From assembly GCA_051294375.1 (NCBI GenBank), contig CM119271.1:14452770-14516769 (forward strand): a DNA stretch of 64,000 nt. Direction: 5' to 3'. Position numbers and translations under genes: made by a program. Shown one piece after another: positions 1 to 13,841 of this stretch (position 1 is the first letter of the stretch; the number at the start of each line of letters is the position of its first letter). Origin of the DNA: Paraspadella gotoi (taxonomy: Eukaryota; Animalia; Chaetognatha). The notes beneath the pieces are model-generated. The model ran no database searches. It was not told the origin of the DNA and was given only the letters and a program-made list of their open reading frames with translations.

Positions 1-3000
1 CATTTTATCACTTTGGTTCTGTAAGAAAGACCTGCAGAGTTGTGTCTTTGACGCCAGAATCCTCGGCGTTTTTTACGTTGTTCATCAATTCGTTGAAAAG
101 GGGATCAACTCGCTGGTGGATGACGACGAGTTGACCCAAAGCCGACGCCGCTTGGAGACGAACCGACCTAAAATTATCCAGACATTTTGGATGTTTTCTA
201 TGATTTACGCTTTCAAATTTGATCGCCGCGATTATTTCTTCAATCCCTTACCGATGCGGATTAACGAGGTTCTTGAGAAAGGTGGTTTGAAGTTGCGGCA
301 AGAAAGGTTTGAGAGCGACGCCGACTTTCGACAGAAGGTGGGCGAGCGTCTCCAGCAGAGCCACGTTAACGTTCCAGGCGAACCTGTTCGCAAAATTTAT
401 AACCTTTTTTTCAACTCTTTTTTCATCGTTATTTTTATCCAAAATCTCACTCCTCTTCAATCTTCATTGTCCACGTTACCTATCGCCAAGAATACGGATC
501 AGCGGACCCGTTATGTGCGTCAGTGAAGGACGCAGCGCTTCAACAGAAGTGAGCAGAATGACTTCGCCGAGACCCTTAGCCGACATCTCTTTGAGGTCGG
601 GGGCGCCGTGAAAAATTCCTGAAGAAATAACATTTTGATTAAAGCAATTAAACAACAATCATAACAAAATATTTAAAGGAACTGCGAAGGCCGAACCGGC
701 TCTGAAGACGGGAAGTATCGGAGAAATTCCCTTTCCCGCCAGGCAAAACCCTGGCATAAGAGCGTGGGCGACTTTGAGATCGGAGGCGGCGTAGGTGACT
801 GCCTGACGGACGGTGGACACGTGACGCATCATCTCAGCATCGTCGAGATTCTTGGTAACGGCGTTGAGGGCGTCCCAGGAGGCGTTGAGGACTCTGCGGA
901 TGGGAAAGGTCGGGGATGTTTCGATACTACTGCACGGAGCTGCGTGGCGTGGGTCTCTTTACCTTCGATCCTCATCCACGAACAGCTTGATGAGTCCCCG
1001 AATAAGGTTGGGCACGTAGGCGGTGTAGTCGAGCTTGGTCTTGGAGACGTAAGCATGAATGAGGGTTGCGGCGGCGGCTCTGATCGCCGACGTCGGGTTG
1101 GAGGTCGCCTCGAGAAGTTCCGACATTACAGTGTCGACCCCGTGATCGTCCGAAACGGAAAGAACGACCTGAGTCAATGAGGAAACGGAACATAAATACT
1201 ACATTTTTACACAATGTAAATAAGATACATAATTTTAATTAAGAAATATACTAATACAAGGATAATGCCCGATCCTCCTTTTTTAATGAAATCATTAATA
1301 AAATGTTATGAAACTATAAAATATAACGTTCAAGGATCAGATGTCAAAATCGTAAAAATCAGAAATGGTAAAAAATCTAAAAACGTCAAGTATAAAATGG
1401 ATAAGATAAGATAAAATAAGATCGACGGATTACAACGAGAGTTTACGTCCAACAGCAACGTTAATAAAAAATATATCTAAAAATTCCATTAGGATATTAA
1501 ACCCACCGTCTGACAGTGCTCTAAAACGACGTCCTCCTGCTTGGTCCCCTGTTGCTTGGTGAGAGCGGACATGAGTGCGGGTAGAATTCTGGCGAGGTGC
1601 TTGGTCAACGCTTCGCCGGCGACCGACGAGAGGATTGCCAACGCGTGGGTGTTTACCGGAGGTGACGTTAGTTGGGGGACCTGAAGTGAGAAAAAGGTCG
1701 AGAAGAAGCTAAATAACGGCAATATTTAAATGATAATACAGAACATAGTAAACTCATTTGAAAACCCACTGACCAAATAAGGAAGGACGACCCTCGACTT
1801 GACGGCCATGACTTGACGCAGTCCGTCAAGGGCGCGGCCGGCGGCGACTTCGTCGTCGTCGCCCAGCCGTTCCAACAGATCGGGAAGGATGTCGTCGAGG
1901 GCTCGCTGACCGATGGTGGCATGCAGCCTGTCAAAGGTCTGCGCCGCCGCGGAGCGTACTTCGGGCAGCGTGTCGCAAAGAGCGCGGCGGACGGTCGGGA
2001 CGAGGGAATCGCTTTAAAAGGAAGAAAAAGTCAAATAAAAAACGGATTTCCGGGAAATGAGAAAGAAGGGGAAAAAAATTAACCTGAATGTGAGAACGTG
2101 TTCGCGCGAAGTGGATCCAATGATCTCGGAGAGGCCGATGCAGACACCCTGTCGTTGGTCAGGCCTGTCTTCGCAATCGAGCCCCTTTTCGAGGATGGGG
2201 ATGATCTCGGGCAGGACGCGCTCGCCCAGTTTGCGGACGAGATCGCCCAGGGTGCGCGCGGCCACTTGTCTTTTGTCGTAAGAAGTGGAAGCGAGACATC
2301 CGAGCAACAAACTGAAAAGTGTGGAGAGAATCTCGCGCAGAGTTCGCGGAGTGTTGGAGACGACGATCTTCCACACGTGGAGGGAAGATTGGCGCACTTG
2401 GAGCGCAGTGTCGCAGCGACCCATGTAGAGGCCTAGATGACAGAAGAAACAAGCATTGCGTAAACATGAATTACGCGCAAATATTTAAACAAATTTGTTT
2501 TCGACCGACCGGCCAAGACACGGTTCTTCCTCTCCGATCCCAACGCCTTCGTGATGCAGTTGATGGATTCTTCGGAGCCAAAGGTGTCGTCCTCGTCGAT
2601 GGCCTCCGTCGTCATTTTCCCTGTGACGCCGGAGATGCGGTAGAGGAGGTCGCCGAGCAGCTGCACCGAGGAGAAGCGGATTCGCCAATTCTCGTCGAAG
2701 AGGCCTTTCTCCAGTTCGGGCAGGAAGAGGGCGATCGCCGTCTCAGCGTACATCTGGACGATCCGCTGGCCGGCTCTGAAGGAGGCAAAAACGAATTGGA
2801 ATCGGTGAATCGAAAGCAAAGCGAGCAAGTATAGCAAAGTAAGTCGTGGTTCATCTAAAGTGTTTCTTAATTTCATTTGCATAGATTGTAGGTTAGAATG
2901 TTTCAATACTTTTGATTTCGTTTTGTTAACCTCTTTTTTTTTGTTTTTTTTACGGTTTAACTTTAATATGGTTTGATAATGATTAAGTTTTTCAAATAAT

Positions 3001-6000
3001 ATTTCAACTATTTTAAACCAAACAACAAACCTGAGTGCAGTTTCGCGAACAAACTCCGCCTCGTCGGCGAGAGCTTTTAAGATCGATGGAATGATTTGGC
3101 CGATGAAGCCGACGAACTGTTCCTGGAAAACTGGAAAACGATCCGAAAAAAAAAAGTGGGAGCGAATTTATGAATAAATAAAATATTAATTATCGACAAA
3201 ACCTTTCACACGTACCCGACGGTAGATAAATGTACATCATGAGGTATCCGTCTCTGACGTGGGGTTGAATGTCCGTCTTCTCGGCTGACGAGACGATGTC
3301 GGGCATGAGAGAGTTGAGCTTCTCGATGCCGAGACCTCCCACCACCTGAATTAGAAAAAAAGGGTTTAAAGATAAGACAATGACCGCGATCGAGTGAGGG
3401 ATTCGAATGAGAACCGCACCTCTGAGAGACCCTGCGCGGCGCCTGATCGATCGACGGACGACTGTTCCGAAGTCAGAGTCGCCATCAACCAAGGAAGGAG
3501 ATCGTTGAAGGTCGATTCGCCCATGCCTCCAGAGGAATTATTATAATACTATTAATAACAATATAGTCAAATTCTTCATCATCCTTTCATTCATAACATT
3601 CATTCAATCGTAACTATGTACTTTTATTATGTATTTATTTTCATTGTGGTGTAATCCTTTCGTTTCGTTGTGTAATGATTAGAAGAGTTTGAAATTAGTT
3701 TTCAACAACGATTTATTTTTATTAATAACGGACATGTTTCGGCTCAGTTACAAGCCTTCATCAGCGTTAAAAAAGAGTTTGTGTATTTATATTCAAATTG
3801 TTCTTTTATTTTTTTTTCCAAATAAACTTTAATACATATAAGCGTTTTTATTTCTACGATTGTTAAACATAGTTCTCAAGTCATGATAACCAAAAAAGCT
3901 ACGAGGTTCACGAATACACTTTCCCCCAAATTCTTTTCGAACAGCAACATTAAGTCTATTGTGGCCAATTCTTACCTTTAGCCATGGCGCCGAGCGCCCT
4001 GGAGGCGACCGTCCTCACTTCCGGGACCGGATCCAAGAGCGCCGTCTTGAGTCCGGGGAGAATCGTCTCCAAATAAGGGGAGAGATCTTTTTGGTCGGTC
4101 AGGGAATACATGTTGCCGATGATCTGAATAAAAACGAAGTAAAAATAACGATCGGCTTGAAGAAAAAAAGTCTCCCCATTCGGCCGGTCGATTACCTGCG
4201 CCGCCATCTTCCGCGTGTCCGTGGATCGATCCTGAAATCCCCGCTGCACGACGGGCATCACCAGCGCCAGCGACGCGGCATCAATGAAATGAACGAACTT
4301 GGTGTCGATGAGCAGCTGAAGGCAGCCTGATTGGAGGTTTTGGGAACAGAAAGAGTAATACAGTATTAAGCGGAGCCAGATAAAGATTAAAAAGTCGGTG
4401 AGCACGATATCAAACTTACCGGAAGTCTTCTTGGTCGGGTTCTGCAGGGCCTGGATGAGGGAGGGAGCAATGACCTGAATCTCGGGATTTCGTACGACGG
4501 AGCCGATTTGCTTGATGGCCGTCTCTCCGGCTTTGGCCACCTTAAGTCAGAGAAAAGCCATTTAACCGATGTGGATCTTGAGTTCTTGACTTGACTTGAC
4601 AAAAGACTTACCTTTGGGTGAGAGTCCGTCAAAACGACGCACAATTTGGGAACAATTGAGGGTAGACAAGAAGAAAGTTGTTTAGGGGCGCAATAAGCCA
4701 TAGCGCCAAGCAATTCAACGCTTCCGGTCTTGGTGCGCCACGAGTCTTCTTCCAAAGCCTTATCGAGCGAGTTATGGGTGAGTTATAAGTCTTAAATTAT
4801 AAACAAACTTAACGTCAACCGAACCTGCAGCAAGCTGGGCAAAACCAGCTTGACTCCATGGGCGGAGAGCTTTGACATGACGGCTTTGGCTGTGTCGTCG
4901 GCGGCGCTGCGGACGTGCTGCGACGAGTCCCCGAAGCAGAGCAGTAAATGCGGCAGCACGTTAACGACGTAGGGTTCGAAAAGTCGGCCCAGCATCGAGC
5001 AGAGCATCTCGAAGCCAAAAAGGGCGCCCTCTCGGTGTCGTTGAGATTTCTTGTCCTGAATGGCCTCCGTCAGAGCGGATATGATGTCGAGCTGCTTGAG
5101 GGAGAGGATGCCGAGTCCTTTGACCAAACCGGCCAGGCCATAGGCTGCGCCCCTTCGGTCCCCGTATTTGTCGGCCTCTAGCAAGAGAGTGATGAGCCGC
5201 TTGGTCATCTCGGGCGCGTCCGCCTTGATGGCGGGCACGAGCGGCGGGAGGCAGTTGGCCACCGCCTCTTGCACCGCCTGACTCGGAGTCGACAGCGTTT
5301 CGATCAATTTCCCAACGATCGGCTTTACCCTCTCGTCGTCTAAATGATCATAAAGATAATTTGATAACTGAAGCGCTCGAATGAAATATAAGCGACTCGA
5401 TCACTTTCTACATAAATACATAAGACGACTCAAGCTCGCTCTGACACTATCTTTTTAATTAACCATTTCACCTTTGTAACTTTGTAACTTTTAAATAAAA
5501 CAAACTCTAAAAATAATAATTACAATTGCGAGCGAAAGGAAACTCGGACAATATTTAACTCCATGAAAATTCCTGTAGTATGCAAATTACATTATTGAAA
5601 ATAAACAAACCTTTGTCGAGATGCTTGGCCATGGTGCCGAGGAGCACGACGACGCCCTGACGGACGACGTCGAAGGATTGCGTATTGGGGGCATTCTCGA
5701 GAAAGTCGTCGAGAATGGGGAGGAGTTCCGCCATCATCGTCTTCCCGCGGTGATCGACGATGGCGAGAGCGGCTTGAAGCATCGGACGCTGGACGGCCGA
5801 ATGGCGATCGCCCAAACCTGTATCGATGTTTGCGACGGTGAGTCGACCTTTCCTCGCAATAACCTATCCCGTTAGAACTTACCCTGCGGAACAAAGAATT
5901 TGAAAAGTCTGACGCAAATCTCGTCGGGAAAGAGGGGTGCCAATTTGACGAGTGCGGCGCCGACGCCGGCGCGCCCTTCCCACGGATCGGGCGGCGCCTC

Positions 6001-7894
6001 GGTGAGGGGCCGACCGAAATCGTCCAACTCAACGGGAGGAATTGTCAGTTTGTCCATGTACGTCTCCAGCAGGAGATCGGTCACGCCTAGGATAGATTAC
6101 AAGAGGATTTTAAAGAAACAATATCCGTTATTAAAGTAATATTATTCATTAAAAGCCTTCGTTAAAAAATAAACTTACTAAGGACGAGGGTCTCCCTCTC
6201 TTGCACGGGAAACTTTGGGATGGCGGCGGCCAAAGCGGCGGCGGCGGCGCCTCTGACCGCCGGCTCTCCGTGGGTGCAGTCGCGAATGAGGAGAGGAAGG
6301 AGGCCGTCGATGACCTCGAGGCCGACTCTGTCCCAGACATCGTCTGCGAGGGACTGAAGGAGGGACAATTTTATATTTTTATAGGACACTATTAATTATA
6401 AATTATTACATTATATTGTTGGTCTCACCGCGACTTCCTCTTCGGGATCGAACTTGGAGATCCAAATTCTCCTGACGACCTCAAGCGCCGCCTCCCGATC
6501 CTCTTCCACAACTGGCAGCACGAGATGGAGCTTCAGCAGCGACTTGAGGGCGACGCCGCGAACGTGGCAGTGCGTCGAGAGTAGCGCCGCAAGCAGAAGG
6601 TCGATCTCTTTTCGTGAAGCATCGGCGCAGCCTTTCATGCCTTTGAAAACAATTGACTATTTATTAATAATTAGCTTAATGATAGAATTCTGCTTGAATG
6701 AAATCAAGGCCGCGAACGATCAAAAATCGACCTGTTACTGAGGAGAAAACTAAGTTCTAAATATCGTTTATTCTTAAATAACGAACCGGAAGCGCTTCCG
6801 GCGACGTCCACGAGACACGTGGCGCAGTCGTTCTGCAGCTTCCCAGATTCCCTGGCGACGAGATCGATTAACAGCGCCATCATTTCCGCGCGCGGGAGAA
6901 ACTTGGGGCCTTTCACCAAATCTGTCAAATCGGTGGAATCTTCCGGGTCGTCCTGAAAGAGTTTTCAAATTTGATGAGTCCTTGATTATCGTGTTGGACT
7001 ATATTCAAATAAATTACTAGCAACCATTAAATAGCGAATTTCAATGAAAAATCGAATTGTACTAACGTCTCTATAAGAGTCGGAGTGTCTGAGACTGGCG
7101 TGCTTGGCAATCACCGCCAGAGCGGCACCGACGGCCGCTTCGCGATGCTCCCTGTAAACGCGAGCCGCTCGATCGCGAAGGACCGAGTTGAGCAGCGGAA
7201 AAACGTAGGCGAAGGCGGGCGAGCTCAACTGACTGGGCGTGGAGAGAGAGCTGATCATCTGTTCTCCCTGGCGACCTAGGTTGGTTTGGGGAAAAAGTAG
7301 TTTTTGCCTTTTTAATAAAAATGTACGTATTTCCACGTTTCAAATGGTTTTCTAAAAGTAACAAAAAATCAACAAAAGATACTCTTTTCTCTTTCTACCA
7401 CCACACCTTTAAGCCCGCCAATGGATCTCATGTGCAACAGCATGATAGCGCGTTGCAGGGCTTCTTGAATCGGTTCGTCAGTCCATCCGGAGAAAGAGAG
7501 ATCAGTCGCCGGCTCCATGAGACGCAAAGTGACGTAGGCGAAGAGAGGCGCCAACCAAGGATCATCGGGATGGTAGAGACTAGATTTGAAGAATTAAACA
7601 AATAAACAATTAATACAACTAAAGAATTTACTTTAATTAAATATTTTTCCTCCCCTCACCTCCGGAAAATGACGTCCTTCATGGCGACGAAAGAAGCGGC
7701 GGCCATCGGCGCCGGCAGCGGAAACTTGATCAGCGCCAAGACGGAGCGAACCAGACGCGGCAGCTCCGCTTGAGCCGGCGCCACCAAATGTTCCATCATC
7801 ACGCAGGAAGAAGCTTTGGATGCGGAGGAGAGAGCGGATGCGAGGATGGCGAAGGTCGGGATCAGACGCTTTTTTAAATTGTTTACTTTAGATC

Positions 7895-7925
<31 letters not shown>

Positions 7926-10900
7926 ATGTAATTTTTCCCATATAGCGAACTGGGAAAAATTCCTCGGAATCCCTTTGCCGAGTTTCCCTTACCTAACGAC
8001 GGCTTCTTTGGCCAGTTCCGCGGCCTTCAGTTCTTTCTGCTTCGGAGTCAAATCCTTCTTCTTCCCCTTCTTGGCATCAATCTCTCGTTGCAATTCCAAC
8101 TCGACCATCTGCTCCTTGTACGAGTAAGCCTTGCTTTCTCGTTTGATGTTGCCGCGCTTTTCCGGTTCATCGTGGGCTGGAGAAATGAGTCAAAAGAGGT
8201 TAACCCCGAGGTGATCATTGACAGGTCATAAACTTACCTTTAATGACTTCGCGGTTATAGAGTTGGCCCTCGGGGGTTGCGGCGATCTCTAGGTCCACTG
8301 CTGAGACGTCTTTCAAAGCGGAGTCCGCCAACACTCGAATGATCTCATCAGTTAATCGAGGGTATATCCTTCTCGGGACCAAATGGCAAAGGGTCTCGAC
8401 AGCAGACGCAATTGTCGAGGTTGTTGGTTCTGAATAAAGGAAATAATTGAGAAACTTTTTTATAAAATTGACTAGAAACAAGATGTCTATTATTTACTTA
8501 AACCCACCAAAGTCTCGATACTTGGAATCAAATCCTTACCTTGCCTCCCGCCCTCGGATTCCCCTTTTCCGAAGAGAGCGTCGATCCTTACCTTGCCTCC
8601 GGCCCTCGGATTCCCCTTTTCCGAAGAAAGCGTCGATCCTTACCTTGCCTCCCACACTCGGATTCTCCTTTTCCAAAGAGAGCGTCGATCCTTATCTTGC
8701 CTCTCGCCCTCGGATTCCCCTTTTCCGAAGAGACCGTCGATCCTTACCTTGCCTCCCGCCCTCGGATTCCCCTTTTCCGAAGAGAGCGTCGATCAACTGG
8801 TCCATCCTCTCCTCAACGAGTTCCTTGGGATTGAGACTTAAGGCGACGACGATGTCGGTCCAGGCGTCGGCCGAGTGCGCCACGACGACGGCGTCGTGGG
8901 CGTCGAAGAAGCATTCGACGGCGACGTCGGCGCGGGCGGATCGATCCACGTCGAAGGGGACGCGAAGGATGACCTTTATCGCCTCGGCGACGATCTTGGC
9001 GGGCAACGCCTCGCCCGATTTTCCCGCGGTGGCGCTTGACACGGCGCCGCCGCCGCTGCTCTGCGTCTGAGGGGAGGCGGCGGTCGCCGAGGCGACGTCG
9101 CCGCCTCCCTCGACGGCATCCGGCTTTTCTGCGTCGGGTGAGAAGACTCTCTTGGAAAGGAGGACGCGACGAAACTCGGCCAAGAGAGCACGGGCGAGGG
9201 GAGCGCCGCCTGACGATCATTAGAGAGAGACATCTGGTCGGTCATTGGTGAACATCACAATCGTTTTGCAACTTGTAATTTATCAAATTTTCAGTATTTT
9301 TTTAAATTTTTTTATTTTAACAAGTAATTAATCTCATTTCTATCGATAATGCATTGAAAGGCAAGTACAGTGGAACCAGCTCGAATCACTTTCTAATTTT
9401 TCTAATAACAACGACAAAAAACGTCGTCGTGAACTCTCACCTAATCCAGTCATGATTTTGTTGACGGTAGCCATCGCCTGCCGCCTTACTGTCCAGTCGA
9501 GAGGCGAGAGAAGAGCTCGCACCAAAGCGTGATAATAAGGGCGCTGGGCCTTAACGCCCGCTTTGGCCATCCTCGGCTGGTGATCGAGCAAAAGACGTTC
9601 GGAGAGCAACGCCGTCTGAACGAGTCCTTCGGCCGACGCAGAGGAGAGAAACTTATCCGATGCGAGGACCTTCTTCTCGTCAGTAACAAGGGACCTACGG
9701 AGAGAGAGTATTTCATAAAAATAAAAATTCTTCTATTTGTAATGAATCAACAAAATATTATTTGTTGACCTAAATCATTATTCTAAAAATAAGAAAACTT
9801 CTAAGAAAACTGAATCAAAAGATCTTGCCCCTGACTTTGGTGGTTTAAGGCCTCCATCACTCTTACAAGATAATAACATAGCAGGTTTCTGCAAGCTTTC
9901 AATCAAGACTCACAGTCACAGAGATAAACTCAAAGTCCAGAGTCGCACAAAAGGCAAAGACGAACCAGAAGTTGCCGAGTTTCCCGTCGGCTTCGTCAAT
10001 GACCACGGAGAGGCGAGATAGAAAAGAAGCTGCGAAGACGGCCTCCGTCACAAGAGCCGATTGAGTTTGCTGCTTGAAGGCGCGTTCCATGGATTGCAAG
10101 CAGGACGGAGCAAAGTCCAAACCTAAATTAAGGCAAAACTCTTTTCACCAACTGACAGATCAACATCATGTAACATTTAATCTTTAAAATCTTCTCACCT
10201 TGCAGCAACGTGTCCCCTCGAAAAGCGGCCAGGACGCACTTGAGATACTCCGTCCTCACGACCGCCGTGGACGTTTTGAGGGCGAGTCCCTTCTTCAGTA
10301 AATCGACTACTTCTTGCGGCACTGTCTTCTCCAGCTTGCCGCACCAGGGCTTTAATTGCTGCAGGGCGCTGCAGAGGATCGACTCTGTCACTTCGGATTG
10401 AAGGGAAGGAGCGAAGCCGGTCGCGACGGCGATGACGGCGTCAACGGCATCGGCGCCGCCAACTGGACACGACGCTACGGCGCCGATCGCTTCCAGGACA
10501 GAAAGACGGTGAGCGAGGACGGTCAGTTTGCCTGAGAAATTATTAAATTATTAACTCAACACTTATTTGATTAATTAAATAATTATTACATCTTTCATTG
10601 CATACATTCTCACCTTCTTTCCCCTGAAAGACTCCGACCAAATACTCGACGGCCTCTTTAACCTTCTGCCCGTCGCTGCACTGAGCGGCGAGGTTTCCGA
10701 CTGCGGCGACGGCGGCGGCGCGTGCGGCGTCGTCGTTGCTGCGCAGCTGCGTCGACAGCGGGCGAAGCAGCTCGTCCGCGTGCGTTGAAAGGTCGACTGT
10801 CAGGTCGCGGAGCAGCGATGCAGTCGCGTTCACGGCCGTTTCCGGGTTACGCAGGAGACCTGTATGTGGAAATGATAGAAAAATGATAGTAAAAATAAAC

Positions 10901-12207
10901 GCATGAATTAATATTAATGGTCTTTCGCACGAACCTCGATTGATCTGCGGCAGAAGGTCGTCGACGAACTGCTGGCGCGTAACGTGACGCAGCAAAGGTT
11001 TTGCGGCGCGGTGCACGTGCTGCGGAACCGGCGAGGACGACGCCAACACCGATTTGGCGTAGGCGGTCACGAAGTCTTTCTTGTATTTTTCCAATGAATC
11101 CGAGTCTTTGACCGAGGAGAGAAACCTCAATGAGAGAGAAAATGAAAAAACCAACTTAACACCTTTTTCATCTTCCCCACTTCCGAATCGAAACTCTCCG
11201 CTGACACGACGAACCTAAAAATGGCGCCGGCCATGCAAATCACGTGCGGGTCTTTGTCCTCTTTTCTAGCGATTACGGCGTCGGCGTAGACAGCGATCGT
11301 CGCCGGCGTCGTCTTCCAGACACCGGACAATTTCCGGTAGGCGGCCGAGTCCAACTTCTTTCGTCCCGTCGCCAACGCAGCTGAGTATAGGCTGGAGAAG
11401 AAAGAGAGTGAAGTCAATTGTGAAACTTTAAATTGTTACTTCGTCTCTTAACCAACGTACCCGATCTGCGCGGCGACGAGGTCCTTCATGGGCGCCGCTT
11501 CTTCCTCCAAATGCGGCGCCATCGCGCGAGCGACGGTGGTAGAGACGGAGAGAACGACGAGCGGCGTCGCGGATGTCGACGACGACGACGCCATCTTCCT
11601 TTGAACGTCGCTCTCGCGTTGAAGAAGAATGACGAGATGTTTGGGACCTGGGGTCAGAAACGGCGAGGATAAATATGTGGCAGTACGACTCGACGCTTTC
11701 TGTCCTCAATGGCTGAGCGAGATGAATTATCTGCGTCCCTGGATCAATCCTGGTTATCCCGTTTCAGGCTTAAATGTCATGGGACAGGTGCAAGCATGCC
11801 ACTGACAGGATGCCGTCATTAAAGGTCAGTAGCCAGTTTTCGAAATACTCCGACGGAAGCATGCGGTGATAAGTGAAACTGACCGAGTGGGCGTTGCCCG
11901 ACGCAGAGCGCGGCCAACGTCTCCTCCAAAGCCCGACGACTCTTGTTGTCGTTGTAGCGCGGAAAGGCGAGGGCGACGTATCGCATCAGGGTTTTAATCG
12001 CCGGCTCGGGCAAAGCTGAAAGGGGCCGCTTATCAGGTTAACTTGCCAAAGTAAATGTTTATTGATGAATAAATATCCAAAAACACCTGCGGTGGCGACG
12101 CATTTCTTTAATTCGGACAAAATCCTGCAACGTTCTTTCGTCTTCGACGTCGTCACATTCGACGCGAAGTCTTTCAAAATTTCCCCCACGTTTTGCTGAT
12201 CCTCCAT
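1..12207 (-). CDS. GCN1: eIF2-alpha kinase activator GCN1 (HEAT-repeat protein); multi-exon, 3' end runs off the window start
   Basis: ATG at 12207 ([14 protein letters not shown]). Exons carry GCN1 hallmark segments: [117 protein letters not shown]. Intron phases are consistent where checked. Confidence 0.97.
3726..3769 (-). ncRNA. minimal type I hammerhead ribozyme motif (Penelope-like element type) in a GCN1 intron
   Basis: Minus strand reads TAACG-CTGATGA-A-GGCTT-GTAACT-GAGCC-GAAA-CATGTC-CGTTA. Stem I is TAACG/CGTTA, the core is CUGAUGA and GAAA, stem II is GGCUU/GAGCC, and a palindromic ACAUGU stem III ends at a GUC cleavage triplet. Confidence 0.8.
8532..8794 (-). repeat. tandem array, 5 x 52 bp; unit = last 44 nt of a GCN1 exon plus 5' splice donor GTAAGGAT
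   Basis: Unit atccttaccttgcctcccgccctcggattccccttttccgaagagagcgtcg starts at 8532, 8584, 8636, 8688 and 8740. Copies differ by a few substitutions. Confidence 0.95.
11677..11830 (+). mobile_element. diverged copy of the tRNA-like SINE family, in GCN1 intron 2
   Basis: A-box-like TGGCTGAGCG, B-box-like GGATCAATCC, and body caggcttaaatgtcatggg...ccactgacaggatgccgtcatt align by eye to ctggttaaagtgtgatggt...ccagtgacatgaggtggtcact of the copy at 39236. Confidence 0.55.
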
Positions 12208-13841
12208 ATTTATTTTCCTAATTTTTGTTTATGATTGCAAACGTCACCCGCAACTTCAGGTCCGATTTTAATTAGGGCTTGAATCTCGAGGGGAAGAGAT
12301 AAAAAATGATACTAATGAAACTCACAAAAGGTAATAGACTAACTTTAACTGAGATCAACTACAGATGCAGTGTACAAAGATGCGTTGGTTAACGCATTAA
12401 AAACCCTACGAACAACATAAAACATATCTAGTCTGGGCAACTTTACTTGAAAAACTTGCTTACAAAAAAAAATTCAGTTTTCTTTTTCCACAATCCATAC
12501 ACTCATCACTAGACAAGTTCGTGCCAACATATACATATGCGCTATTAAGTAGTAGACAATAAGCGTATCTCTAAGTTCATTTTCTTTTCATTTCAAGAGT
12601 TTTTTTTTTCCTTTCAACGTCTCGATTCTCATTCAATCGAAAAGCTTTTCTGACTGATTAATGACTCACGGCGAGTTGCACCATTAAATTCGAACAACAA
12701 GAAGACGAATTACATGAGACTAGCTAAGCAAGGGCCATCACTTTTTGAGAGCTCATACAATTGATCCCTTCTATCAAAAAAGTATACACGTTTCGTAATT
12801 GTGTGTGTCTCGAGGAATTTTGTATTCGTCGTGAAATTAAATTAAAACTTCTCTGCGATGCCATCAGCGTAATTGTTAAGTTTATCTCACAACAGCATAA
12901 TTAACGTAGAGCTCTCCATTTTCATGCTCATTGTCATTATCATTATCCACTCGGTTTCATCTAGGAGAAGAAAAAAGAACGAAAGGATTAAAAACGATCG
13001 ATTAATAATTTTTATTGCCAAATCTATTTTTTTTTAAATTTTCGTTGCAATAATGTAATGCGGTTACACGGATTCAGGAAAAAACGAACGAAGAACTCAA
13101 ATAGAGATAGAGACGAAATAAAACACGTGGTTCAAAGGAGGAATAATCGAAACTGCACACAAAAAATATATAACGAAAATAATTGTTAAAAGGTTTTTTT
13201 TATTTTTCGTTCCTCGTGAATCTATTTATTTTTTTTTGTAAAGAGAGAGAGAGAAAAGAAATAATTTAGTAATTGCTAGACGAATCGGTCACTGTCACAC
13301 TGGTTGTTGGTTCGAGGCTAAAACGCTAGATATATAGGAAGGATCTATGGATAAGCCGGAGTGAAAGAGAGAGAGAAAGAGCAAGAAAAGGTGGAGGGAG
13401 AGGAGGCAGGGAGAGACAGGGAGAGAAAGGGAGATATAAAGAGAAAAACGCGAAAGAGAAAAATAACCAAGAACGAATGTTACTAATCGAAATTCAATTG
13501 GCGAAAGAAAATCGGGCATCGGTAAACGAAAAAGGGGGGGGAGAGAAATTTAAGGGAAGTTTGGAAAAAATCTGGAGAAATCTATCTGCGAGGGAAACAA
13601 ACAAACAAACAAACAAATAAACAAATAAAAGTCAACCAGCGACTAAAAAAAAAACAAAAACAAAATTCAACTTGTACAAACTACGAGGAAATCTCAAAAA
13701 ACAACTTTCTCCCAAACAAATTGGACGAGCACCGTATTCCCCCTGCCCAGATCCAATCCTTATCCTTCACCCCAATTCTCTTTCCCCTCCCCCCCCCCCA
13801 AAAAAAAAAAAACAACCCAACCCCGAGCTCTTCTCCGCCGA

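Noticed and set aside
9822-9840. 19-nt near-match atcttg(c/t)ccctgactttgg shared with ~49865-49883
   Set aside because: Too short and the flanks do not align, so it cannot support an element call.
11648-11884. H/ACA snoRNA in the GC-richer GCN1 intron 2
   Set aside because: H- and ACA-like words exist but the hairpins are unconvincing. Similarity to the SINE family explains the sequence better.
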